From Eledone cirrhosa (taxonomy: Eukaryota): 64,000 bases of DNA. A model generated the notes under the pieces. The model was not told where the DNA came from, did not search any database, and worked only from the letters and a program-made list of their open reading frames with translations. The DNA is taken from positions 213,962,001-214,026,000 of the forward strand of contig OZ024742.1 of assembly GCA_964016885.1 (NCBI GenBank). Direction: 5' to 3'. Shown piece by piece: positions 11,981-23,965 of this stretch. The translations under genes were made by a program, and so were the position numbers. Position 1 is the first letter of the stretch, and each line of letters begins with the position of its first letter.

Positions 11981-13302
11981 TCTCTATAAAATAGTCCATT
12001 TGTTTGTCTATTTGTCCCCTTTGCACTTAAAAACCCAAGGAACAATCATGCCCGAACTTGGCATGAGAGTTCCTTAGACTCAGGAATAGCCTTATCTGAC
12101 ATTCATTTGTTTATATGTTTGTTTGTTTGTCCATCTGTGGTCGTGGTGGTCGTCGTGCGTTACCATCTTCACTACGATGGAATGTGACGGAAAACAGATA
12201 AAATCAAGAAGTGAGAATTTGATAGAAAGCCAGCACACGTGAAATTAAAAAAATGTGCTGAATGCTAAAGATGAAACTAATCGTTCAAATTAGTAGCCAG
12301 GACTAAAGCTTGCTTCAGTGTTGAACGTCCTCTCTCTCCTGCACGAAAAGAGGTACTACTAAAACAAGTGAGCGACACGCGTTCAATAAACATAAAGTAA
12401 CAACACACGCTTATTTAATACCAAAATCCGCTCTCTCCTTTATCAACTGCAGCACATTTTGTCATACATTCTTTATATATCTTCTGTGTGTGTATATATG
12501 TTATAGCTACTTCATATTTAGCCCGTTTGAGGGCATCCTGTTTGTATTATAACGCACGTTAAGGGAAATACGTAACTCTATGTGGGTGTAGTTGGTGGCG
12601 ATGGTAACACCTCTGACATCTCACCCCTGCCATGACTACCAAATTTATATATCCCAACACAAGAACATTCTAGGTATAAGTTTGAAAGTAGAGGCAACAG
12701 AGAGGAACTTTGTTGCTTTCAACTACGATCCACATGAAGACTATGTCTCAGAACCTTTAATTCGAATTTCCTCAATGAACAAAATTTTTCAAAATTGTGG
12801 TGCTAAAAATAAAATAGTGAGTCAACTGGATTGTGCTGTTTAAATGGAAAGATTAAGTTTAAACTATCACCTGAATCCCCAGAACCTTTGAGGGGACTGC
12901 TGATTGGTACAAGTACTGAATTAAGATACCTTCTTTAAAATGTCCCGACGTACAATAATGCATTCCAGATAACATTATTTGGTGCAAATGTCATCCATGA
13001 AGATGGCTTTATGCCACTTTCAAAATCCAAAGTCAAGTGTACCATAAAATTGGACCACTTCAGACACTTTCAGAAGAAGAACCAAAATATTTACAACTGT
13101 ATTTGATTAATGATATGAAAACCCAAGCACAGACAAGATATGAAAGGAATAATGAAACAAAGTATGAGGTTATATTGCAACTAGATCAAAAGTTACATAC
13201 AAGAAACAGCTATATTAGAAGTTTCAAATATATCATAGAAAAGAATTTGAATGAAATTTCATTATTTTCTTTAAACCGGGCCACACCGGTTATTTCTGCT
13301 CG
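11981..13302 (+). mobile_element. Internally deleted Helitron
   Basis: 5' TCTCTATAAAAT..GTTTGT; Rep N-terminal remnant; 3' CCGGgccacaCCGG hairpin followed by degenerate CTCG (CTAG) end. Confidence 0.75.
12700..13240 (+). pseudogene. Helitron RepHel N-terminal region remnant
   Basis: Frameshifted AFNYDP..C..CGA..GLCC.NGKI..PEPLRGLL..YNNAFQITLFGA..GFMP/FKIQSQVYHKIGPL..PKYLQLY, the motif series preceding the Helitron Rep domain. Confidence 0.8.
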
Positions 13303-13344
13303 GATATGATAAAATCAGTACTACTGTAAAGCGCTCATACTATT

Positions 13345-13555
13345 CTTAAATCCTAGATGAGCCCTAATTGAATAGATTCATGTCTGCATTTAAACAATGA
13401 CATCGTGAAAAAAAGCTTGAATTTATTTTATCTATGACTATATTAGTCACAGAATCTTTTGTTTTTAAAGATTATATGGTATGATTTGAGGAAGGATTTG
13501 TTTCCATTTCTAGTAGTTCGAGAGACTGCGTAAAGGCTCCTTCATTGATTCATAG
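13345..13555 (+). mobile_element. Dispersed SINE-like repeat copy
   Basis: Homologous to 7530-7690. Confidence 0.45.
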
Positions 13556-15009
13556 TCGATGTGTATGTTGTACACTGCGGTGAACACGAGTGTATTTACA
13601 GCCAAATCAGATAAGCGTGTTTCTGATTTTATCATCTTACTCTTGGGACAATGAACAAAAAAAAAAAAAAAAAGAAAGAAAACAAAAGCAGAAATATTGC
13701 CTGGAGCAAAATAAACATTTGCGACTTTGCCATCGAGATGTTTTCCTTTCTATTTGTCCTTTGAGGCATTCTGACTACTAAAAATTTGAAATAAAATAAA
13801 ATAAAATAAGACAAATAACGACCGGAAAGCAATAGCAACAACAACAAAATCAAACAGCAACAAAAATCAAATAAAAAAGAAATCAAAAAGAAAAAAAAGC
13901 AATATGAACAAACAACAGCAAACACACGGGAAACGAAATACAAACCTTACCAAACTGAATGCCAACTTCCAACAAAAGATGCTTATATTTCATTAACGAA
14001 TTTATCTTCGTTTAAAATCATATGTGCTAATATATATATTTTATATTCAAACATTTCCTCTAAAGTAAGAGACAATATTTTATTACTAAAACTGATTTGG
14101 TTTCCATTGTTCTTTAATTTTTCAATTTTTAATTTTTTATCACCGTTTTATAAGCGATTCTTTCAAGCAAAAAGTAATATAAAAATGTATTGCATTCTCA
14201 ATTTTATTGCAGAGTTCCTCATCAAATAGAACACTCTAGGCTAACATTTAGCAAAACATTTAGCAAAACATTTAGCAAAACATTTACATTATATTGTTGT
14301 TTTCTTAAGCACTTTAAAATTTGTCTGTATTATGACTGAAAATAATCTATATTGAAAACATTGATTGTTAAATTGGACAGAGAAAAGTGAGAATATAAAT
14401 AACACCGACTGAGAAAACAGAAACATATAGCTAGTAATAAAGAGAGAAAACTGATATCGACTAGATGGGGGTAAACGATAGAGTATATCGATTGATACAC
14501 TGTGGCTGTGTAAGTGTGAAGTGTAAGGAAAGAGAGGGAATAACCAAGAGAACTCTAAAAGAAAATCTACGAGAGAGAGAGAGAGACAGAGATAGAGATA
14601 GATAGAAAGAGAGAGAGGGAGATTGAGAAAGGAGGAAAGAACGAAAAGGAGAGGAAAAGTATTTATAGTATAGACATATGCATATATGTATGTATAGATG
14701 GGGTAACTTCATATTGCTTTTGGCTCCGTTATAGTATTTATGGTAATCCTTAAATCTGTACAATCACCAACGCACATACGCACGATACACATACACATAG
14801 ACATAATAGCACAAACATCACAAATATATATATATAAGTATAAAACAATGGTTAACGACATATATGTCTGTGTATGTGTGCATGTGTTTGTAGATATGCA
14901 TACATATGTGAATGTAAGCGTGTACATATGCATCTATAAGTAAGTATGAGTATGTATAGATGTACGTATATGCATGTATGTATGTATGTATGTATGTATT
15001 TATGTATGT

Positions 15010-15260
15010 ACCTGTCTCATGGTCGGGTCGTTGGCGACTAATCTGGCAACCCCACCAAGGTTTCTTGGTGAGGAGGGTGACTTTGGACATCCTGCAGGAC
15101 TAAAAACAAAACCTGTCAAAGGGCAAAGGAGCTCTTAAGAGTCAATGGCCATCCAAAATCACCGAGAGAGATGACCCCTTAGCCTTTGTCAAGGCAGAAT
15201 TCTAGGAGAAGGAAAACTCTGATATAACACCTGCAACCCTGATGGTATCCAATGATGTTG
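15010..15260 (+). mobile_element. RTE-like 5' UTR / RTE-derived SINE head
   Basis: Contains CTAGGAGAAGGAAAACTCTGA, a motif typical of RTE 5' UTRs. Confidence 0.45.
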
Positions 15261-15268
15261 ACTTGTTC

Positions 15269-15574
15269 TTCTTTTTGGTAAATATCATCTTGGTTAAGAG
15301 AGTGGGGCTGGCTTTGTGCAGTGCCTTTGCTCACTATAAAAGCTTCACGGCACAGGCATTACTTTATATCTGGAGATCTCTCTGCACTTGTCGTCACATG
15401 GTACCATGGGCCCAGCACTATGTGTCAATAATTGTCACAAGTGTAGTGTTTGTACCAGAGTTTTCAAGTCGCTGGCTGGACTGAAAAGTCACACTCGTTT
15501 AGCGCATCAGTAGGGGTTCTCCTACATGGATATAAAGTAGTGGCCGTACTCGAAAACGAGTTGGCAGCCACCAT
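15269..15574 (+). mobile_element. RTE-type 3' end repeat with C2H2 zinc-finger remnant
   Basis: Encodes CSVCTRVFKSLAGLKSHTRLAH then a 3' hairpin and (TATG)n tail; highly similar inverted copy at 63345-63650. Confidence 0.65.
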
Positions 15575-15672
15575 GTATGTATGTATGTATGTATGTATGT
15601 ATGTATGTATGTATGTATGTATGTATGTATGTATGTATGTATGTATGTATGTATGTATGTATGTATGTATGC
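15574..15672. repeat. (TATG)n microsatellite
   Basis: Direct reading. Confidence 0.98.
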
Positions 15673-15699
15673 ATGCATTCACATGCATGTATGTATATA

Positions 15700-15813
15700 T
15701 GTATTCGATTGTTATAATTGTTTGTTTTATATTTTTTACACGACTGTATGTAAAATCCCCGGCATGTCTTTGTATTATCCCGTTTTCTGTGTGCCCTTGT
15801 GGTAAATAAAGAA

Positions 15814-15815
<2 letters not shown>
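15700..15815 (+). mobile_element. Tx1 3' UTR-only insertion
   Basis: Very similar to the 3' UTR at 23367-23475 (-); ends AATAAAGAAAT followed by (CTAT)n. Confidence 0.8.

Positions 15816-15895
<80 letters not shown>
15816..15895. repeat. (TATC)n microsatellite
   Basis: Direct reading. Confidence 0.98.
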
Positions 15896-16283
15896 ATATC
15901 CACATATAATCTAGCTGTCGTCTGTTCTACAGCGTAGATGTAATTCACTTTGCGCAGAAGTTTTGTTCCAATTTATTGCGGAAATTTTGTAAGTTCAATT
16001 TTAATTTTGATACTATTGTGTAGCTTGACCCCCCGTCTTAACTGTCAGGCGGTGGGTCAGCTCATCTTCGCCCCTCCCAGGGGTGAAAAACCTGTTTTTA
16101 AAAATTTTGTGGCATAAAAAATTCAATCGTCTGACACAAATGTTAAACGAAGCTAACGAAAATAGTGGTGGGGGGGGGGGGGGACAGCGGTAAGAGTTGT
16201 AAGCTCGCACGCTTTAGTCCCCCTTTCCTTCCCAACTAACGTCATAGAGAAGGAAAGAAAAAATAAAATAAAAACAGACGAAT

Positions 16284-17922
16284 GTGCGGAGAAAAATGAC
16301 GATAACACAAATCTGGACATTGATTCCAACAACAAAAAAAAATTTGAAAAATTGCATGACAATATTAATACCACAAACAAAGACACAACAAACACAAAAA
16401 TCAGATGTGGCACAAAGAATTATAAACGCCACACAATACATAACTCAAGCGGAAAATGGTATTTTATCGGTAAAAATGCCTCAAGAACTCACCAAAGACA
16501 TTGAAAATCGCACGGTCGTTTTCCGCACCATCAACAACATTTCTAAAAAACCTCAACAGCCAACACAACCAGAAATCAAAGCAGTACTTACAGAAGTACT
16601 TAATGAAACCACTTTCATAAGAAGAGACAGACTGTAGGGGAGCCTAGCGATTATTATGAAGAACGAATCGGCGGCAAAAAAATGTGCTTTGTCGCCGATT
16701 CGTTCGACAAATTTTACCTTTTATCCATCTTATATGGGTAAAAGAACTCAGCGCATATGGCTGGATGCAATGATGCCAGATGTGGACTACTGCTGGCTCA
16801 TAGCTGGCTTCATCGATCCAGCGAATGACAACGTGATTTCCATTGGGAAAACCACAGGCAATGCGTTCAGTGGAACAGGTATAGAACTTGTAGTGCAAAT
16901 GAAGCCTGAACGCATTGTCCAAATACCCGACAGAATCCTATTAGAGGGCCACGGGTATATAAACATTAGCGTGGAGGGGAGAAGGCCGTCCTGTCATATC
17001 TGTGCAGGCAGAGGGTACCTGAAGGCGGCTTGTCCCCAACTCAACAAGAAGAAAACCCTGCTACCAACACCAGCTCCACCACCACCACAACAGATAAACA
17101 AACAACAAAACTCAGTCCCACCCAACCCGTCCCTCAGTAAAACTACACCACCACCACAACACAAACAGTCACAACACATTACTCAAAAACAAAACAGTCC
17201 CACCCAACCCCTCACTCAATAAAACAACACAACCCCCGCAGCCACAACATACAACATTGTCTAACATAGTGACATCCATCTCCCCCACAAAGAAAACCAA
17301 CACGGAAACATTACCAGCAAACATACCTCTTCCCTCCAACACTGAAGATAACCCAACGAATTAGGAGGAAGAAACGGAGTCCTTCAGACAGATTAATAGG
17401 AAAAAAAGAAAACATGTGCAAAACACACAAGGCCAAACAACCCCAACACAATTCAACAAAACACAAAACACCCCTCCAGCAACAAACAAAACCAAACCTG
17501 CCCCTCCCCTCTTCGAAACACTCACGCCATCCGAAAAAAAGACATTACACTATACTTACATCAACAGAAACAATAATAAATTAAATGAACTCAAAAACAA
17601 TAACCCTTCGGTACAAACCAAATGTGTAAACTTTGTTTCTTCAGAAAACTACCCACATTTAAAATTAATAAAGATCCCAATGAACCTCTACCAAAAACTA
17701 AAAAAGGATTTTAAGGAGGACGTAGGACCACCCTCTGTCAAACCCATAAACCGCGTCCTACTAAAAAGCTTTCCCCCTCCCCTTCCCCTCCCCAACACAA
17801 CTCCAAACACCCCAACCCCACCACACACTGACGACTCCACACCACCACAAGACACCCCTTCACCCAACACCCCCGACCCCATGGAAATCGTGCGACCCGA
17901 ACCCCGGGAAGCAGAAAGGTAG
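16284..17922 (+). pseudogene. Tx1 ORF1 (gag-like; broken into 3 ORF pieces)
   Basis: RTVVFRT, VEGRRPSCHICAGRGYLKAACP knuckle (H>Y), Pro/Thr/Gln-rich C-terminus; internal stops. Confidence 0.8.
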
Positions 17923-17955
17923 GTCTCTACACTCTCCTTTGGCTTCGCCGCCGAC

Positions 17956-20900
17956 ATGGATTTGTTAAGAGTAGGATGTTTGAATGCACGTGGCCTGGGC
18001 TCAACTTGGAAGCAAGCAAAGCTTCTAAATGACCTCAGGTCACGTGGTATAAATGTAATGGTTATCTGTGAGACTCGGATCAACGTCGTGCGGCAGCTGG
18101 CCCCTACCTTCGGTGACTTTGAGGTGAATGCATCTCTCTGTCAACCTGGAGGTGGGGGTGGGGTTGCTGTACTGCTGGAAAAACACCTGGGTCTCGCCGT
18201 ACAGGTTGTTCACTCGGACCCGGAGGGTCGTTTGTTGGTGCTAGACGTTGGCAGTAGTGAAGGTGCGGCCTTGAGACTGGTCGCCGTCTACTCCCCTTTC
18301 GGAGCTGAACGGCCCGACTTCTTCCAGCGTTTGGAGACATTTCTGGGAACGTCGCGTTCCCTGCTTCTAGCGGGGGATTGGAATGACATCCTAGATGCAC
18401 GTTGGGACTATGCAGGAGCATTTCCTAATAGAGGGAGGTGTAACAGCCTCAAGGGGTTACTCGACCGTTTTAACTTGATCGATAGATATCGACTAGATTT
18501 GCCAACTGTGCCAACCTGGACTTGGACGAACCACAGTGGTCAATCTAGATCGTACTTAGATAGATTCTTAGTTAGAAGTAAGGATAGGGACATATTAAGC
18601 TGTCCAGAAATGCTCACGGTTGGCTATACGGATCACAAATTAGTGACCTGCGTAGTCAATCTCGAGAAAACACATAAACGGGGTCCCGGTTACTGGAAAC
18701 TTAATTTGTCTTTACCGGCAAAAGAGACTTACAGAAGCGGATTAGCAGATTAGTTAAGGAGAGGTTGACGGGTGCAATCGTCAATAACCGATGGTGGGCA
18801 TCTCTCAAAAGAGAGATTAGAACAGAATCAATAAGTTATAGCAAGATGTTAGCTGCCGATAGGAATAGAAACGAGAAAGAATTAACAGGTAAATTAGAAG
18901 AGGCAATCAAGATCGAAGATGTGGCCAGAGTGCTGGCATCGAGGACGGCCTTGAACCAGTTTTTCGATGCAAAGCACGAAGGCTCTAGGTAATGAGGGGG
19001 CCAAAGCCGTTGGCTGGACCCGCGTGACAGAAGCTAAGAGTGGAAATCGATCGACCATCCGGTCTTTGCAAGACGAGGATGGACGGGTGATCCGGGAGCC
19101 TAAGCAGATGTGCGAGGTCTTTCAAAGGCACTTTGCCCGATTATTCGGGGGAGGTTCCGGGCGGGGACGTGGATTACGGTCCATACCTCGACGGCCTGCC
19201 GCGTCTCTCGAGCGAAGAGGCAGAGTCCTGCGAGGGACCAATCTCGGCTGATGAGATCGGGGATGCGCTGAGCCAATGCAGCAGACGCATATATCCAGGC
19301 CTCGATGGTATACCTTACGAACTTTATTTAGCAATGCCGGTCTTCTTCTCCGAACTCCTCGAAGCGGTCTACTGCAATTGGTAGCAGAACGGGAGAATTC
19401 CTTGTTCTGTAGCCAAGGGCGTAGTCTCGCTGGTGAGGAAGGACGAGAACAAGGGGGATAGTATAAATAATTTTCGGCCCATAACGTTGCTAAACACAGA
19501 GTTAAAGATTTTGGCCAAGGTGTTAGCAAAGAGGTTGGCGCTTGTCGTGGGTGACCTGGTGGGAGATGCGCAGACATGTGCTATCCCATCCAGGTCCATT
19601 CACGATAACCTCCACCTCATGCGATACATCATAGAGAGGGTTGGCAACAAACCCGGCTTCGGTGGGGCCCTGATCAACTTGGATCAACTATGGCCTTCGA
19701 TAGGGTCGACCATGGTTACCTGGATGCGGTGCTAGCGGCGGCTGGGTTCGGTCCTGTTTTCAGAGGCTGGATCACTGCCTTACATAGCAACCACATCTGT
19801 TCTAGGATCAAGGTGAACGGCTACCTTTCGAAGCCGTTCGAAATCACATGATCCATTCGACAGGGGTGCCCTCTCTCCTCCCTTCTGTACGTATTGACTC
19901 TCGAGCCTTTACTGAGGAAGTTGGAGTTGTTGCAGGGTATCCCACTGGAACCAGGATTCAGCAAAGCGGTGTCTGCCTACGCCGATGACGTAACAGTAAT
20001 GGTATCGACCGACTCGGAGATCGAGGCGATCGGTACCTTACTGGAGGATTACGAAAGGTTGTCAGGAGCGAAACTGAACCGGGAAAAATCCATCGGGCTG
20101 CAACTCGGAACGTGGAGAGGCAGACCGATGCCTCCCGGCGGTTTCGTCGGACACTGGACGGAGGGCCCGGTTAAGTTGCTTGAGGTCTGGTTTGGACCGG
20201 ACCTCCAGGTGGAAAAGAACTGGGACGAGGTTACGAACAAGGTGTTTGCACTAACCCAGAAATGGGCCAAGTGTAAGCTGTCCCTCAAAGGTCGGGCGGA
20301 GGTGGCGAACAATTACATAGCGTCCGTCACTTACTACTGCCTGACTGTCGTGCCTCGCCCTAAGGAAACATTCACCAACATGGAACGCATGCTCTTCCAA
20401 TTTCTTTGGAAGAAGCGCCCTCCTATGGTGAGAAGATCCATCTGCTGCCAACAACCTTCGAAAGGAGGGCTGGGGATGCCGTGGTTGATGATGCGTAGGC
20501 ACGCATTAAGGCTACGGCACCTACAGGTATTCCTCACTGGTCAACCGGTGTGGGCTCCGTTCGTGAAACGAGCCTTTCTGAGACTCGTCTCGCTCACCGA
20601 GCTGCAGTCCTGGGTCAAGCAAAGATCCGGAAAACTGGGAGACTGGCACACTGAGTGTGCCCAGGCGCTCAGGGCTCTCTGGCAAGCGGGCCAGGCCATC
20701 GGTGGAGAATCCACCTCATCATTCTATAGAGGGCTGGTGGCTAGCAGGAGCTATGACACCCTTGGAGAGTCGCTGGACATGGAAGAGGACGAACTGGCCA
20801 GCCTGTTCGGTAGGACTTTCGGCCCGGGACCAATGGACAACTTCCAGAAGTCACTAGCCTGGCAGTGCTACCGGGGGGCTCTACCGGTTCGAGAGAGGCT

Positions 20901-21359
20901 CTACAGACACGGGCGCCCGGGCAGGGACCCCTCGAAAAAGATTTGCCCTAGATGTGTGCGTCACGAAGAAACCGTTGCGCACGCATTGGTGCAATGTCCG
21001 GGCGTGGCTGATCTGTGGGGCTACACCGAACGACTTCTGTCGCGGGTGGCGCCGATTAAATTGACCGCCGAGTCCGTGGTGACAATCAAGCCACCTCCCC
21101 TCTTCACAAAGGAAGCAAAGGCGGTTTTTCTGTGCGTAATAGCCATGTTGAAAGAGGTTGTTTGGTGGACACGATTGAAAGGTCTGAGGTCAGGCAACTT
21201 CCCCTCTGGCATAGTCTGGTCTACTTCTTCCGATATCACTTCGGAAGAAGGATATGAATGGAGAGAGAGGTGCTTGGTCACAGGCAGTTTTATGAAAGGT
21301 GGGTGATAGTGGCGAGAATGGCTCGTGTAAATGGGCCTTCTCTGTATACCATCCTGTAG
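17956..21359 (+). pseudogene. Tx1 ORF2: AP endonuclease + reverse transcriptase + C-terminal zinc finger, frameshifted
   Basis: LNARGL..ETR, GDWN, YLDRF, TDHK; PGLDGIP, NFRPITLLN, RQGCPLS, AYADDV; GGLGMP; CPRC..ETVAHALVQC. Confidence 0.95.
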
Positions 21360-21589
21360 GTAAAGAAGTGAAGGAGAGGGGAGCACCTTCTCCATGTGCT
21401 CCCCGGGCAAAGGATTGCACACTTTTTCGGGGGTGTGTGCAACCTCCATCACGTCCCCTCCCTTTTGAGGTTGTTTTCGATTATTTTCATTTTATACCCT
21501 TTTTACTCGATTTTATGTAAACTCCCCCTTTGTATTTGTCCCTTCTTTTTATGCCTTTATGGTAAATAAAGAAATATATCTATCTATCT

Positions 21590-23025
21590 TTCCGATGGCG
21601 TTGTCGGACGCTGGACGGAAGGACCGGTGAAGTTGTTCGGGCTCTGGTTTGGTCTGGACCTCCAGGTGGAGAAGAACTGGAACGAGGTCACGGCCAATGT
21701 GTTTGCGCTCACTCAAAAGTAGGCCGAGTAAAGGTGGCGAACACTTTTATAGTGTCCGTCATCTACTACCGCTTGACGGTCGTGCCCTGTCCAGCCAAAA
21801 AGCTCACCAAAATGGATACGTGCGCTCTTCCAATTCCTTTGGAAGAAACGGGCTCCTTTGGTGAAAATATCCATCTGCTGCCAACACCCTTCCAACGGAG
21901 GGCTGGGGATGCCCTGGATGATGATGCGCAAAAACGCGCTCAGGCTGCGGCACCTCCACGTATTCCTCATCGGACGACCGGTGTTGGCCCCATTCATGAG
22001 GCGAGCCTTCCCACGACTCGTCTCACTGACCGAACTGCAGTCCTGGGTCAAGAAAAGACCGAGGAAAATGGGCGACTGGCACATCGAATGTGCTCAGGCG
22101 CTCACAGCCCTCTGGCAGGCGGACCCGGCGATCAGTGGAGACTCCACTTCGTCATTCTATAGAGGGTTGGTCCTCAGCAAGTGCGACGACGGGCTCGGAG
22201 AAACTCTAGGCGTAGAGGAAGACAAAACTGGCCAGTCTGCTCGGTAGGACCTTCCGCCCGAGACCGATGGACAACTTCCAAAAGTCCCTGACCTGGCAGT
22301 GCTACCGAGGGGCTCTACGAGTTCGAGACAAACTCTACAGACACGGGTGCCCGGGCAGGGACCCTTCGAAAAAGATCTGTCCGAGATGCGTGCCGACGAG
22401 GAAACAGTCGCGCACACATTTGTACACTGCCCGGGCATTACCGACCTGTGGGGCTATGTAGAACGACTATTGTCGCGGGTGGGATCAATTCAGTTGACCA
22501 CCGAGTCCATTGTCATTATCACACCGCCACTCTCCTTCAAAAACGAAGGAGAGGCGCTTTTCCTATGTGTTATGGCTATGGTTACAGAGGTTATATGGTG
22601 GACGAGGTTAAAAGGGCTGAGGTCAGACACCTTTCTCTCCGGCGAGCAACTGATTCGTTTTTTCAAATATCATTTTGGAAGAAGAATCAGGATGGAGAGA
22701 GAGGTGCTGTACCCCAAGACATTTTATAAAAGGTCGGTGAATGTGGCAAAGATGGCCCGAGTGGTTGGGCCTTCTCTCTATATAAGCCTGTAGGTTGAGG
22801 AAAAAGAGGAAGAGAGGAAGGGAGTACTCACTATTGGTGCTCCTGGAGATAAGGGTTGTACATTTTTTCGGGGTGTGTACAACCCCTGTGTAACGCCTCC
22901 CCCCTATTGGGGATTTCAATTGTTATTTGTTATTTTATTAATAGTTTTATTTTCATATACCTGTATGTAAACTCCCCATTTGTATTTGTCCCCTTCTTTC
23001 GTGCCCTTGTGGCTAATAAAGAAAT
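21590..23025 (+). mobile_element. 5'-truncated Tx1 copy (ORF2 C-terminal half + 3' UTR), related to element A
   Basis: WFGLDLQVEKNW..GGLGMPW..MDNFQKSL..; ends AATAAAGAAAT followed by TTATCTAT. Confidence 0.9.
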
Positions 23026-23079
23026 TTATCTATGAATTCATTTATAAATATCAATAGATAACTACAGACAGAATGTCAA

Positions 23080-23965
23080 GCAGACAGATGGATATAGAGG
23101 TAGATAGGTAGCTAGATAGACAGATATGCCGGCAGACAGATAGATATAGAGGTATATAGGTAGCTAGAGAGACAGATATGCCGGCAGACAGATGGATATA
23201 GAGGTAGATAGGTAGCTAGATAGACAGATATGCCGGCAGACAGAGAGATATAGAGGTAGATAGGTAGCTAGAGAGACAGATATGCCGGCAGACAGATAGA
23301 TATGAGGTATATAGGTAGCTAGATAGACAGATATGCCGGCAGACAGATAGATATAGAGGTAGATAGATTTCTTTATTAGCCACAAGGGCGCAACAAGAAA
23401 GGGGACAATACAAAGACATGCCGGGGATTTTACATACAGTCGTGTAAAAATATAAAAACAAACAATTTCAACAATCGAAATCCCCAATAGGGGGGAGGCG
23501 CCACAAATGGGTTGTTTAATACCCCGTCGATAGAACAACCCTCAACTCAAGGAGCGTGTTGTGCAAGTGCTCCTTTCTTCCTTTTGCTCTCTTCCTCAAC
23601 CTACAGGCTTATAAACAGAGAAGGCCCAATCACTCGGGCCATTTTGGTAGATAGGTAGCTAGATAGACAGATATGCCGGCAGACAGAGAGATATAGAGGT
23701 AGATAGGTAGCTAGATAGACAGATATGCCGGCAGACAGATAGATATAGAGGTAGATAGGTAGCTAGATAGACAGATATGCCGGCAGACAGAGAGATATAG
23801 AGGTAGATAGGTAGCTAGAGAGACAGATATGCCGGCAGACAGATAGATATGAGGTATATAGGTAGCTAGATAGACAGATATGCCGGCAGACAGATAGATA
23901 TAGAGGTAGATAGGTAGCTAGATAGACAGATATGCCGGCAGACAGAAGGATATAGAGGTAGATAT
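23080..23965. repeat. 52-bp GATA-rich minisatellite (~11 copies), interrupted by a Tx1 insertion
   Basis: GCCGGCA recurs at 23128, 23180, 23232, 23284...; unit ggtagataggtagctagatagacagatatgccggcagacagatagatataga. Confidence 0.95.
23367..23645 (-). mobile_element. Short 5'-truncated Tx1 insertion with 9-bp target-site duplication
   Basis: ORF2 tail KMARVIGPSLFISL* + 3' UTR; GGTAGATAG at 23358-23366 and 23646-23654. Confidence 0.9.

Larger units (their letters stand above)
15910..21575 (+). mobile_element. Near full-length decayed Tx1-clade LINE (element A)
   Basis: ORF1 with zinc knuckle, ORF2 APE-RT-ZnF, 3' UTR ending AATAAAGAAAT; 5' boundary approximate. Confidence 0.92.

Noticed and set aside
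12183-12640. Possible nested LTR/MITE inside the Helitron (weak inverted AAATGTGCTG repeats)
   Set aside because: No TSD or convincing termini.
14240-14286. 12-bp tandem AACATTTAGCAA, and short doublets at ~6576-6632 and ~31010-31075
   Set aside because: Ordinary slippage duplications.
17956-21359. Intact active retrotransposon
   Set aside because: Multiple stops and frameshifts in every LINE/PLE ORF in the window.
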